64,000 nt of DNA, from assembly GCA_041665365.1 (NCBI GenBank), contig JBAYIY010000003.1:68260-132259 (forward strand), read 5' to 3'. This DNA is from Patescibacteria group bacterium. Its GTDB lineage: Bacteria > Patescibacteriota > Patescibacteriia > UBA9570. Below, piece after piece: positions 20,750-30,057 of this stretch (position 1 is the first letter of the stretch; each line of letters starts with the position of its first letter). The translations under genes and the position numbers were made by a program. The notes below the pieces were generated by a model that saw nothing but the letters and a program-made list of their open reading frames with translations, did no database searches and was not told the origin of the DNA.

Positions 20750-22744
20750 TTATTTTTCTGACTGAGTGATAATAAGCAATGCAACAGAAGCAGAATATAA
20801 TGCTGGATATATTAGAAGACGCGACCATGATACACTAATCATAGTTGATATATTTGGTTCTGTGCTGAATAAATAAGTTAGACTCATTCCGAAAATATAT
20901 ATTATTATGGGTATAATAATATATGTATGAGCCAACATACCCTTAATCCCAAATGGTTTTTTGTACATCAGTACAATTGGCATACTTAGCATTAATAACC
21001 AACCAGCCCGATCTTCATAACTTATGAAAGAAATATTTCGTAGTACTATATTATAGTAGAGCTCGAAGTGAATAATGATTTGATACAGATTAATTGGAGC
21101 ATACACCACACTGTGAACTCCTAAATAGTTTTTTTGTATTAGCCAAATTGCATATGGGATAGCTGCCAATCCAATGCTTAGAAACAATTTTTTTAAGGGT
21201 AATAGTTTTTTTTCAGCAAAGGTTAAAAGTAGAAATGGTGCAAAAAATAATACAATTAACAACAAGCCTTCTTGTTTTGAAATCAATATAATGCTTACCA
21301 ACATACTGAATAAATACCAAAAAATATTATGTTGTGTTTTATACCACAATATGCCGAGAATCATCAGTAATCCAAATAACGGCCAAAGTATTGTATCTGC
21401 CGCACTGGGTGTACCATGAACCGAAGGAATTATACTATAGAGTAGCCATATGGCAATTAGCCACCACAAACGATTAGGTGTCAAGGCTTTAATGGCTAAA
21501 GCCACGCTACTAACAAATATGATCTGTAAAAAAACACTAAATATTGCATAACTAGTCAAAAGTTGAGTTGTGTCTATTCCAGGGAAATACATTTGATCCT
21601 TTGAAATATGAAATACCCATAACCACAAGCTCAAGAAAATTGAAGGTCCAGGTGGATAATGTGTCAGTAAAGCAGTTTGCCCAATTTGTTTTGCAACTAA
21701 ATCCACTGGCCAGTAACCATAATTATATACAAACATTGATCCATAGATATAGCGTAAATTATCACCCATTGTTAAAAGTGAATTCAGATATCGTGGTAAA
21801 AAGGTAAGGATAACAGTTCCTAGAATTAATCCAGTTGTAATTACGTGTGATATTAACTTTTGAAAGTTAATATAAGTAATGGTAAATCTTTTTACATGTC
21901 TAATGCTAAATAAATATAGACTGATTGATAATATCCATAGAAACACAGGCAACCAAGAAAATATATCTATAAGTATTACACTAAATAAAACAGTAATAGG
22001 TAAAATAATCAGAAATGAAAGATATCCAGAAATAATAGTCACACATAAGCGCCAGTATTTAGTTAGGTTTGAAGTAATGTGCCAGGCTAACAAACTGCCG
22101 TTAACGATTATTCCAAATAGTATAGCTAAACGTAACCAGATTATTATATCAGGAAATTTTCTAGGCTCAGTGGCAATGTAATAGGAAAAAAAATTTGCAA
22201 ATGTGATTGGATTTACACTTTGAGCAGAATTTCCAATTCGATATTTAATACTTTCCCATATTTCATCACTTTCCACGAGAACAGTGCTAGATTGTAATTG
22301 TTGCAATAATTTAGTTTTTGTTGCAGTATCAACTAGTTCCCATGGAATCGTATCATTATCAAGACATCTTGATAATGTATCATTAATTTGTCTGCATGAC
22401 GATATATAAAAAAAATTACCATCTTCATCAACAGCATAGAACCTGCCAACTCCACTATTACTATCAATAGATATTTTGGCATTTTCCTTTAATATAAACC
22501 AAATATTATTATCTTCAGGATAGCTTGATGGAATATAACTAGTGATGTCCCATGGAATACTATAACTATTTTCAGATGTAATAAAAGTATAATTTTGTCC
22601 CAAACTAGGGTGGGGGTTAATTATAGACGGCATTATATCTTTCCATGATGATGGCGATTGTAAAGTTACTAAAACACAAACAGCAAAGGCCAAAAAAAGT
22701 GGAGCAATTATTAACCAAAAAACTAGATGAACAATCTTTATCAT
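20750..22744 (-). CDS. Polytopic membrane protein, GT-C-like, AT-rich
   Basis: N-terminal soluble domain, then more than 10 TM segments with HYPP and KQEG motifs. Confidence 0.55.
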   Translation of the reverse strand: MIKIVHLVFWLIIAPLFLAFAVCVLVTLQSPSSWKDIMPSIINPHPSLGQNYTFITSENSYSIPWDITSYIPSSYPEDNNIWFILKENAKISIDSNSGVGRFYAVDEDGNFFYISSCRQINDTLSRCLDNDTIPWELVDTATKTKLLQQLQSSTVLVESDEIWESIKYRIGNSAQSVNPITFANFFSYYIATEPRKFPDIIIWLRLAILFGIIVNGSLLAWHITSNLTKYWRLCVTIISGYLSFLIILPITVLFSVILIDIFSWLPVFLWILSISLYLFSIRHVKRFTITYINFQKLISHVITTGLILGTVILTFLPRYLNSLLTMGDNLRYIYGSMFVYNYGYWPVDLVAKQIGQTALLTHYPPGPSIFLSLWLWVFHISKDQMYFPGIDTTQLLTSYAIFSVFLQIIFVSSVALAIKALTPNRLWWLIAIWLLYSIIPSVHGTPSAADTILWPLFGLLMILGILWYKTQHNIFWYLFSMLVSIILISKQEGLLLIVLFFAPFLLLTFAEKKLLPLKKLFLSIGLAAIPYAIWLIQKNYLGVHSVVYAPINLYQIIIHFELYYNIVLRNISFISYEDRAGWLLMLSMPIVLMYKKPFGIKGMLAHTYIIIPIIIYIFGMSLTYLFSTEPNISTMISVSWSRLLIYPALYSASVALLIITQSEK

Positions 22745-22841
22745 AATTTAGGCGTAGCATAACCTAACATTAGTAACCTTGTAAATAGCTGAAAAATTTT
22801 ACTAATATTATAATATAGTATATATTCTAGTGGAATGAAGT

Positions 22842-23813
22842 ATGGTAAATAGAATTGCATTAATAACAGGAGTCCTCGGGCAAGATGGTAGTTATCTAGC
22901 ACAGTTGTTGTTGCATAAAGGCTATCAGTTGATTGGTACGAAACGAACTACGAGTGATTTATCTAATCACAACTATTTAGGTATTACTAAACAAGTTGAA
23001 TATGTTGATTGTGATTTACAGAACGAGACTGCTATTCAAGATGTAATCTCACATTACAAACCAGATGAGTTATATCACTTGGGTGGTTTATCAGCTCCCG
23101 GGCAATCCTGGTCGGATCCTAAAGCCTACACTGAAACTAATGCTCTCGGTATGTTATATTTATTAAATGCCATCAAGATGCATTCACCCAAAACAAAACT
23201 GGTCAATGCAGCCACTAGTGAAATGTTTGGTGCCCAACATCAAGGTGGTTTACAGACCGAAGAAACTCCCTTTCAACCAACTAACCCATATGCTGTGACA
23301 AAAATTTACGCGTATTGGATGGGTCAAATATACAAAAAAAGTTACAATTTATTCGTGGCTAATGCTATTTTATTTAGTCATGAATCACCGTTACGTGGCC
23401 CACAATTTGTGACACGTAAAATTTCTATGGGTGTGGCGAAGATAAAATTAGGTTTAACTGATCATATTGTCTTAGGAAATATTGAAAGTAAGCGTGATTG
23501 GGGGTTTGCCGGTGATTATGTAGAAGCCATGTGGCGCATTGCCCAACAAACCGAACCAGATGATTTTGTGCTATCAACAGGTGCGGTACATACAATTAGA
23601 GAATATTTAGACATTGCTTTTCAGTATATTGGTATTCAAGATTGGACATCATATGTTCAAACCGATCCAACATTGTATCGCCCAATTGATTTGCCTAACT
23701 TGTCTGGCGCTTCCGAAAAAGCGCAACGAGTTCTGGGTTGGAAGCCGCAAGTTGATTTTAAAGCGTTGGTTGAGTTGATGGTACAAGCTGATTTGGGCAG
23801 ACTATCTGGTTGA
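22842..23813 (+). CDS. gmd: GDP-mannose 4,6-dehydratase
   Basis: ALITGVLGQDGSYLA, TSEMFG, PYAVTK, HESPLRG..FVTRKI, RDWG.A.DYV. Confidence 0.95.
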   Translation: MVNRIALITGVLGQDGSYLAQLLLHKGYQLIGTKRTTSDLSNHNYLGITKQVEYVDCDLQNETAIQDVISHYKPDELYHLGGLSAPGQSWSDPKAYTETNALGMLYLLNAIKMHSPKTKLVNAATSEMFGAQHQGGLQTEETPFQPTNPYAVTKIYAYWMGQIYKKSYNLFVANAILFSHESPLRGPQFVTRKISMGVAKIKLGLTDHIVLGNIESKRDWGFAGDYVEAMWRIAQQTEPDDFVLSTGAVHTIREYLDIAFQYIGIQDWTSYVQTDPTLYRPIDLPNLSGASEKAQRVLGWKPQVDFKALVELMVQADLGRLSG

Positions 23814-23846
23814 CAACTAAAGATCATTAGGTGTACAAGCACTAGT

Positions 23847-24128
23847 ATGACTTCAAAACGTATAGTAACTATCATTTTAATCTGCTATGTACTCGTATCG
23901 GCTGGATACATTAGTTATCGTCTCTGGCAAGATTTTGTTGATCATTACTCAACTCAAGCCTTTGCTCAAGGTAAAGCTGCCACCATCCAAGCTGTTATTG
24001 AACAAGCCAGTCCCACAACCTGTAAATCATTTACGGTTTATGACGTTGATCAACAAGTGCAATTGATTAATACCGCCTGTTTAACTAATCAAGCAGCTGA
24101 TCCATCAGCTCCAACCACTGGCCAATAA
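23847..24128 (+). CDS. Small membrane-anchored hypothetical protein
   Basis: N-terminal TM and two Cys. Preceded by TTGACA(23810)-18 bp-TACAAG. Confidence 0.7.
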   Translation: MTSKRIVTIILICYVLVSAGYISYRLWQDFVDHYSTQAFAQGKAATIQAVIEQASPTTCKSFTVYDVDQQVQLINTACLTNQAADPSAPTTGQ

Positions 24129-24132
24129 CCTT

Positions 24133-26367
24133 ATGAAAACATTTTTATCAAGCGTCATGATACTTTCTCTGGTTATGTTGCCTAGTTTAACTTTAGCCAT
24201 AACGGCGAGTGATGTGGTGTGTGTGGGTTGTATTGGTCCAATTGATTTAGCCGATGGCGGTGTAACCAGTGCCAAGTTAACAAATAATGCTGTCACTGGT
24301 ATAAAAATTAGCGATGGTACGATTTTAAATATTGATATCAATTCAGCGGCCGCTATTGACCCTAAGAAAATTTTTGGCACCGCCTGGACAGCCGCTAACG
24401 ATGGTGTCAGTTCTGGTCTAGATGCAGATTATTTTGATGGATTAACGAGTAGTCAGTTTTTAAGGAGCGATATGTCTAGCCAAATTAATGGTACTTTTAA
24501 TATTGTCGGATCTCTCGGTATTGGCACAACCAGTGCTCCTGTAAAACCATTAACTATTGCTGCTGGCAGTAATGACGCAATGTATATTACCAGTGACGCC
24601 AGTGATGATTGGTATGTTGGTCCTAATGTAGTCACATCTGGTTTTGGAATTTATGATGTTACAAAATCAGCTTCGCGTTTTCATATTACTACCGATGGTA
24701 ATGTTGGTATTGGTACAGCCACACCATCAGAAAAATTAGATGTGCAGGGGAATATTCTTGCTTCTGGAATAATTTCAGGATCGGCAGCTGGATTATCTGG
24801 TAGTACTAGTGAAACAACTTTAGCTCTAAGTAATACTGGGACAGGTGGCAAAGATTGGTTAATTCGTTCTACCAATGACGCCTCTGGTCATGGTGGTGGT
24901 AAATTAGTCTTCGATATTGGCGGAGTCGGTAAAACCACCATCACAGCTGATGGCAACGTTGGTATTGGTACAACTTCACCATCAGAAAAATTAGATGTGC
25001 AGGGGAATATTCTTGCTTCTGGAACCATTTGCAATAGTACTGGTGCCTGTGTGGGGGATACTAGTAGTAGTTCCTCGGGTGTTAGTGGCTCAGGAACAGT
25101 AAATAGTCTATCAAAATGGACATCTTTAGGTGGTGGTGGCAGTAGTGGCAGCAGTAGTGCCAGTTTGGGTAATTCTTTATTTAACGATGACGGTTCTACC
25201 GCTGCGGTTAGTACAGCAGCGGAAGTGACTAGTCCAAGTGCTTCATCATTAACCCTTGGGTCAGTGGATACAACTAATGAAGGTGGAGAAATACGATTGG
25301 AAGGAGCGGCTTCGTATAAATATTCTTACATTGATAATTATCAGGGTCAAACTAGAATTATTTCAAAGGATACTTCTGGAGAACATACAGCTTTGACAAT
25401 TGATGGAAATGGCTATGTTGGAATTGGTGACACTACGCCAGAAGATTTATTGAAAGTGAGTTTAACTGACTCCGCAACTAATGCCATCAATGGATCAAAT
25501 TGGGCAACCACGGGAAATGCCGTAGGTATCTTTGGTTTAACCGATTCTACTAGTACTGGTAGCGGTAGTGCTGTTGGTGTTCAAGGTTTAGCAGATAACT
25601 CCGGTGAAGGAGGTGATGCGCTTGGTGTCTTTGGTCGTACCTTAACGCAAGGGGGTCACGATTCTAGTCATAGTGATGCAACAGTTGGTGTGTATGGTGA
25701 TGCTACTGCTACATCAGGTTCAAACTATGGTGTGTGGGGTGATACCTACACTACAGATCATAATTCTGCTGGCGTGCGCGGTGTTTCTCTTGGTAAGAGT
25801 GGTACAGCTGATGGTGTACAAGGTGAAACAAAATCTGGTGATGCTGGAGCCTATGGAGTTTATTCTGCTGGGTCGACGGCAGCAACGGGTACTAAGTCAG
25901 CTGTGGTTTATACAGATTCACAAGGGCCAACTGAATTATACGTTGAAGAATCAGCCGGCATATGGTTCTCCGATTATGGTGAAGGTCAGCTTATTAATGG
26001 GAAAGCGCACATCACGATAGATCCACTTTTTGCTCAAACTATTACAGTTGATGATCAACATACAATGGAAGTATTTCTCCAGCCGTACGATTATGTTGGT
26101 TCAAATCAGTTAACTATTCAGCGTGGTTCTAATTCATTTGATGTCATAGAATCAAACAACGGTCAAAGTAATGCCCAATTTGCTTACAAAATTCTAGCCA
26201 AAAGAAAATATTACGCTGATCGTCGTTTAATGGCTACACCAGTCACCATTGATCAGTTCATGCGACCTGATCTTACAGAACAACAGAGGGCAGATTTGAA
26301 TAACAAATGGAATATTGCTCAGCCTGTACAAAGTCATTCAAGAGAGACACCTATCATTGAGCCATAA
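24133..26367 (+). CDS. Secreted tail-fibre-like or adhesin protein
   Basis: Signal peptide, SGLDAD..DG..SSQFLRSD motif, repeated G(N/Y)VGIG.T.P..KL.V units and a Gly-rich GVxG repeat region. Confidence 0.7.
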   Translation: MKTFLSSVMILSLVMLPSLTLAITASDVVCVGCIGPIDLADGGVTSAKLTNNAVTGIKISDGTILNIDINSAAAIDPKKIFGTAWTAANDGVSSGLDADYFDGLTSSQFLRSDMSSQINGTFNIVGSLGIGTTSAPVKPLTIAAGSNDAMYITSDASDDWYVGPNVVTSGFGIYDVTKSASRFHITTDGNVGIGTATPSEKLDVQGNILASGIISGSAAGLSGSTSETTLALSNTGTGGKDWLIRSTNDASGHGGGKLVFDIGGVGKTTITADGNVGIGTTSPSEKLDVQGNILASGTICNSTGACVGDTSSSSSGVSGSGTVNSLSKWTSLGGGGSSGSSSASLGNSLFNDDGSTAAVSTAAEVTSPSASSLTLGSVDTTNEGGEIRLEGAASYKYSYIDNYQGQTRIISKDTSGEHTALTIDGNGYVGIGDTTPEDLLKVSLTDSATNAINGSNWATTGNAVGIFGLTDSTSTGSGSAVGVQGLADNSGEGGDALGVFGRTLTQGGHDSSHSDATVGVYGDATATSGSNYGVWGDTYTTDHNSAGVRGVSLGKSGTADGVQGETKSGDAGAYGVYSAGSTAATGTKSAVVYTDSQGPTELYVEESAGIWFSDYGEGQLINGKAHITIDPLFAQTITVDDQHTMEVFLQPYDYVGSNQLTIQRGSNSFDVIESNNGQSNAQFAYKILAKRKYYADRRLMATPVTIDQFMRPDLTEQQRADLNNKWNIAQPVQSHSRETPIIEP
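24722..25024 (+). repeat. Perfect 48-bp direct repeat (24722-24769 and 24977-25024)
   Basis: caccatcagaaaaattagatgtgcaggggaatattcttgcttctggaa occurs twice, 255 bp apart and in frame. Confidence 0.95.
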
Positions 26368-26418
26368 CAGTATTGACACCCACTAACCCCTTTGCTATTC
26401 TACTCCCACTAATTAAGT

Positions 26419-26477
26419 GTCCCACTCTTTATCCATATTATGCTCCCGCACATAGGGTTTAGCATAATGAGTGAGAC
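26419..26477 (+). promoter_or_regulatory. Candidate rpsF leader hairpin (S6:S18 autoregulatory-type RNA)
   Basis: Nested stems cactc/gagtg, attatgct/agcataat and ccc/ggg, with a CC-containing bulge. Lies between a TTGACA...TATTCT promoter (~26373-26401) and the rpsF ATG. Confidence 0.45.
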
Positions 26478-26491
26478 CTAACCAATATTTC

Positions 26492-27043
26492 ATGACCCAA
26501 CATTACGAAATAATGTATATCCTACCTGGTTCGATTGAATTAGGTCAGGTACCCGCCAGTAAGGTAAAAGTTACCGAGCTGGTACAAGCGGCTGGTGCTG
26601 CCATTACCAGTGAGTTTGATATGGAGCGTCGTCGCTTAGCTTATCCAATTAATAAGGAAGGCTACGGTTACTATCATGTCATGCAGTTTGATGCCGAACC
26701 CAGTGTGATTAAAGCACTCGATGCTAAGATTCGTTTAGAAAACTTAGTATTGCGTTTTATTATCACCAAGTGCAAACCAATGACAGCTGAACAAATTAAA
26801 ACCATGGTAGCGGGGGAACAGTATAAAAAGCAACGCCCACAACCGGAAGTGGTTGTAGCGGCTGTGAAATCTGAACAAACCAGTGCTACTGCCTTGAGTG
26901 AGGCCGAGATGGAATTTGCCAAATCCACTTCCAGTAAGCATGTTGAAGAAGTTGAGGCCATCGATCAAAAAGTTTCCATCGAAGAATTGGATAAAAAACT
27001 CGATGCCATTCTGGAAGATACTGACTTAGATAAAAAACTCTAA
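26492..27043 (+). CDS. rpsF: 30S ribosomal protein S6 with long C-terminal extension
   Basis: YEIMYIL, RRLAYPI.K...GYY, VLRFII. Start at the ATG at 26492. Canonical rpsF-ssb-rpsR order. Confidence 0.95.
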   Translation: MTQHYEIMYILPGSIELGQVPASKVKVTELVQAAGAAITSEFDMERRRLAYPINKEGYGYYHVMQFDAEPSVIKALDAKIRLENLVLRFIITKCKPMTAEQIKTMVAGEQYKKQRPQPEVVVAAVKSEQTSATALSEAEMEFAKSTSSKHVEEVEAIDQKVSIEELDKKLDAILEDTDLDKKL

Positions 27044-27054
27044 CCTATAACTTT

Positions 27055-27549
27055 ATGGATCTCAACAAAGTTATGTTAATCGGTCGCGTCACCAAAGACC
27101 CAGAGGTACGCACCATCCAATCTGGTCAAATGGTGGCCAGCTTTTCCATGGCCACAAATCGGCAATGGAAAGATGCTCAAGGTAACCGCCAGGAAAAGGG
27201 TGAATTTCACAACATCGTGGCTTGGAGAAAATTAGCCGAGATTATTCAAACCTATGTTAAAAAAGGTATGAAGATCTACATCGAAGGTCGTTTAGAAACG
27301 CGCTCCTGGGATGACCCACAAGGCGTTAAAAAATATCGTACCGAAATCGTGTTAGACAATATGATTATGCTTGACGGCAAGAACTCATCAACTCCAACAA
27401 CTCGAACAACTCCAACATCTCCCTCATCTCCCTCATCTCCCGCATCTCCCGCATCTCCCTCATCTCCCGCGCCTGTGGCAGGAGACGTTCCTGCGCCAAC
27501 CGTTAATAATTCAGACGAAGAAATTCGTATTGAGGATATTCCTTTTTAA
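27055..27549 (+). CDS. ssb: Single-stranded DNA-binding protein
   Basis: [25 protein letters not shown], acidic tip IEDIPF. Confidence 0.98.
   Translation: MDLNKVMLIGRVTKDPEVRTIQSGQMVASFSMATNRQWKDAQGNRQEKGEFHNIVAWRKLAEIIQTYVKKGMKIYIEGRLETRSWDDPQGVKKYRTEIVLDNMIMLDGKNSSTPTTRTTPTSPSSPSSPASPASPSSPAPVAGDVPAPTVNNSDEEIRIEDIPF
27389..27469 (+). repeat. 9-bp tandem repeat tract in the SSB linker
   Basis: 3 x caactc(c/g)aa, then 6 x catctccc(t/g), encoding the Thr/Pro/Ser-rich linker. Confidence 0.9.
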
Positions 27550-27557
27550 TAATACTT

Positions 27558-27821
27558 ATGAAACCAACCAATAAATCACATTCCAGACAACCACAACCTC
27601 GTACCGGTAAACGCAATCGGTTCTATGTTAAAGCCTTAGAATCGCTAAACTACGATGAGATCGATTATAAAAATGTTGAGATGCTCCGTTTAGTGATGTC
27701 GAATTACTTCCGGATTTTGGCCGGTAATCGGACCGGAGCGCATGCTCGGATGCAACGTAAATTAGCCACAGCGATAAAACGATCGCGCACCATGGCCCTC
27801 TTACCATTTACCCGTCTCTAG
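27558..27821 (+). CDS. rpsR: 30S ribosomal protein S18 (Cys-free, non-zinc form)
   Basis: IDYKNV..L, RTG....QRKLATAIKRSR..ALLPF. Confidence 0.95.
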   Translation: MKPTNKSHSRQPQPRTGKRNRFYVKALESLNYDEIDYKNVEMLRLVMSNYFRILAGNRTGAHARMQRKLATAIKRSRTMALLPFTRL

Positions 27822-27822
27822 T

Positions 27823-28386
27823 ATGTTGACGATGAATGATCTAAAAGTCGGTGTTATGATTAACCTTGATAATACGCCTTATCAAGTAGTCTGGTCAGAT
27901 TTCATGCGTACGGCGCAACGTAAGCCAGTGATGCGCACTAAATTACGTCATTTGATTACCGGTCAAGTATTAGAAAAAACTTTCAAGCCCGGTGATAAAA
28001 TTGCCGAGGCCGACATGCGGCGTGGTCGCGCTCAATTCATGTATCGTGAAGGTGATAATTTCAATTTCATGGATAATGATAATTACGAACAATTTGCTTT
28101 TACCAAAGAGCAAGTGGGTGATATCGGTAATTATGTTAAAGAAGGTGAAGATCTTGATGTGATGAATTTCAACGATAAACCAGTGACCATTTCTTTACCA
28201 CCGAAAGTAAATTTGCGTGTCGTCGAAGCTCCGCCTGGAGTGAAAGGTGATACCGCTGGTAATATCACAAAAAAAGTGAAATTAGAAACCGGCTATGAAG
28301 TGGCCGTACCAATGTTCATTAAAGAAGGTGAAGTGATTCGCATCAATACCGAAACCGGGGAATACATGGAACGGGTGAATGAGTAG
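27823..28386 (+). CDS. efp: Elongation factor P
   Basis: RTKLR.L.TG, PGVKGDTA, LETG..V.VP.FI..GE.I.INT.TGEY..R. Confidence 0.96.
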   Translation: MLTMNDLKVGVMINLDNTPYQVVWSDFMRTAQRKPVMRTKLRHLITGQVLEKTFKPGDKIAEADMRRGRAQFMYREGDNFNFMDNDNYEQFAFTKEQVGDIGNYVKEGEDLDVMNFNDKPVTISLPPKVNLRVVEAPPGVKGDTAGNITKKVKLETGYEVAVPMFIKEGEVIRINTETGEYMERVNE

Positions 28387-28409
28387 AAGAGGCTCCATAT
28401 CCCCCAATG

Positions 28410-28453
28410 TAAAAACAGTAGAGACATGCCATGGCATGTCTCTACTGTTTTTA
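28410..28453. repeat. 44-bp perfect palindrome with a GTAG-REP core; probable bidirectional terminator after efp
   Basis: taaaaacaGTAGAGACATGCCA|TGGCATGTCTCTACtgttttta, with A/T tails on both sides. Confidence 0.85.
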
Positions 28454-28478
28454 TTGTTAATCGTATATAATGATGTCT

Positions 28479-29906
28479 ATGAAACGAACCAAAATTGTTT
28501 GCACCATTGGCCCGGCCTCGGAGAGCAAACCAGTCTTAATTAAAATGCTGCAAGCGGGCATGGATGTCGCGCGGCTGAATTTTTCGCATGGCACGTATGA
28601 TAGTCATAAAGTTTTAATTGCCAACATTCGTGCGGCAGCTAAACAAGTGGGTAAAACCATTGCTATCATGCAAGATCTGCAAGGTCCGCGTATTCGGGTA
28701 GGGGAAGTGCACCGTGATGGCATTGAATTAACGCGCGGTGAACCAGTGGTGTTTATTCCGCAATCATTTATCAATTACAAATTACTAATAACTGGTAAAG
28801 AAAAAATCATCCCATTAGGTTATGAACAATTATATAAATTTACTAAACCGGGTAAACATATATTAATCAACGATGGTTTAATTGATATTCAAGTTAAACA
28901 TATTAAAGACAAATTTATTTACGGGACAGTAGTGAAACCCGGTTTTATTTTTTCGCATAAAGGGATTAATTTGCCCGGTGTTAGCATTGAAGCTGATGTC
29001 ATTACCGATAAAGATCGGGAAGATCTGAAGTTTGGTTTATCACAAGACGTTGATTATGTCGCTCTGTCCTTTGTAAAAGACGCCAGTAATGTCCGGGCGC
29101 TACGAAAATTAATTGGTAAACATCCGGTGCGGATTATTTCTAAAATAGAACGCAAAGAAGCCTTAGATAATTTTAAGGAAATATTAAACGAATCTGATGG
29201 TATTATGGTAGCACGTGGTGATTTGGGTATTGAAATTCGTCCAGCCGACGTACCGTTAGCCCAAAAAAGTATCATTCAACAATGTATGTTGGTCGGCAAG
29301 CCAGTGATTGTCGCCACCCAAATGTTGGAATCAATGATTTTAAACCCACGCCCAACGCGTGCCGAAGTATCCGATGTCGCCAATGCGGTAATCGATCACA
29401 CTGATGCCGTGATGTTGTCCGGTGAATCGGCTTTTGGTAAATATCCAGTCGAAGCGGTGGCCATGATGTCAGATATTATTAGTGAAACCGAGCGGTCGAA
29501 ATATGACGATGTACCGTTACACTTTTTAGCGCTACATGACCAAACTGTAGAAGATGCTATTTCGGTTGTAGCCGATGATTTAGCTGAACAACCACGCGTG
29601 CGTGCTATTGTGGTGCATTCGTTATCTGGTCACGCCGCCCGCATGATCGCGCGCCATCGCCCTGCCAAACAAGTGATTACATTAACCAATAATGCTGCCA
29701 CCAAGCACCAGTTAGCCTTAAGTTGGGGAGTGGATACAATATTAATTCCAACCTGCCATAGTTTAGATCAATTGATTAAACTCACCACCACAGCGTTGAA
29801 AAAAGCCAAAGTAGTCAAAACCGGTGATTTTATCGTGTTGGTAACCGGTCAACCCGTGGCCAAATCCGGCGGTTTGAATTTGGTCAAATTGCACCAGGTG
29901 AAATAA
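28479..29906 (+). CDS. pyk: Pyruvate kinase
   Basis: RTKIVCTIGPAS, ARLNFSHG, DLQGP.IR, DGIMVARGDLG, ATQMLESM, DAVMLSGE. Start at 28479, 7 nt after TATAAT. Confidence 0.98.
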   Translation: MKRTKIVCTIGPASESKPVLIKMLQAGMDVARLNFSHGTYDSHKVLIANIRAAAKQVGKTIAIMQDLQGPRIRVGEVHRDGIELTRGEPVVFIPQSFINYKLLITGKEKIIPLGYEQLYKFTKPGKHILINDGLIDIQVKHIKDKFIYGTVVKPGFIFSHKGINLPGVSIEADVITDKDREDLKFGLSQDVDYVALSFVKDASNVRALRKLIGKHPVRIISKIERKEALDNFKEILNESDGIMVARGDLGIEIRPADVPLAQKSIIQQCMLVGKPVIVATQMLESMILNPRPTRAEVSDVANAVIDHTDAVMLSGESAFGKYPVEAVAMMSDIISETERSKYDDVPLHFLALHDQTVEDAISVVADDLAEQPRVRAIVVHSLSGHAARMIARHRPAKQVITLTNNAATKHQLALSWGVDTILIPTCHSLDQLIKLTTTALKKAKVVKTGDFIVLVTGQPVAKSGGLNLVKLHQVK

Positions 29907-29907
29907 C

Positions 29908-30000
29908 TTTACCCCCTCTGTCCCCTTTGCAGGGGGATAAGATAAAAAGGTTAGAAAAAAATCTTTTCTTAGCCCCCTGCAAGGGGGTTAGGGGGGTAAA
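29908..30000. repeat. 93-bp imperfect inverted-repeat element (REP/MITE-like) between pyk and ppsA
   Basis: tttaccccctctgtcccctttgcaggggg ... ccccctgcaagggggttaggggggtaaa. Each arm also contains its own CCCC-GGGG hairpin. Confidence 0.75.
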
Positions 30001-30057
30001 CATCGATGATTAATATTCATGTTGCCCTTTTTACGGCAACCCTGTACAATACGCGCC

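Noticed and set aside
24133-26367. Prophage, suggested by the tail-fibre-like gene
   Set aside because: The protein has a signal peptide, and no capsid, terminase, integrase or other phage genes flank it.
27371-27574. 67-aa ORF with HLPHLP repeats
   Set aside because: It is an alternative-frame reading of the 9-bp repeat inside ssb.
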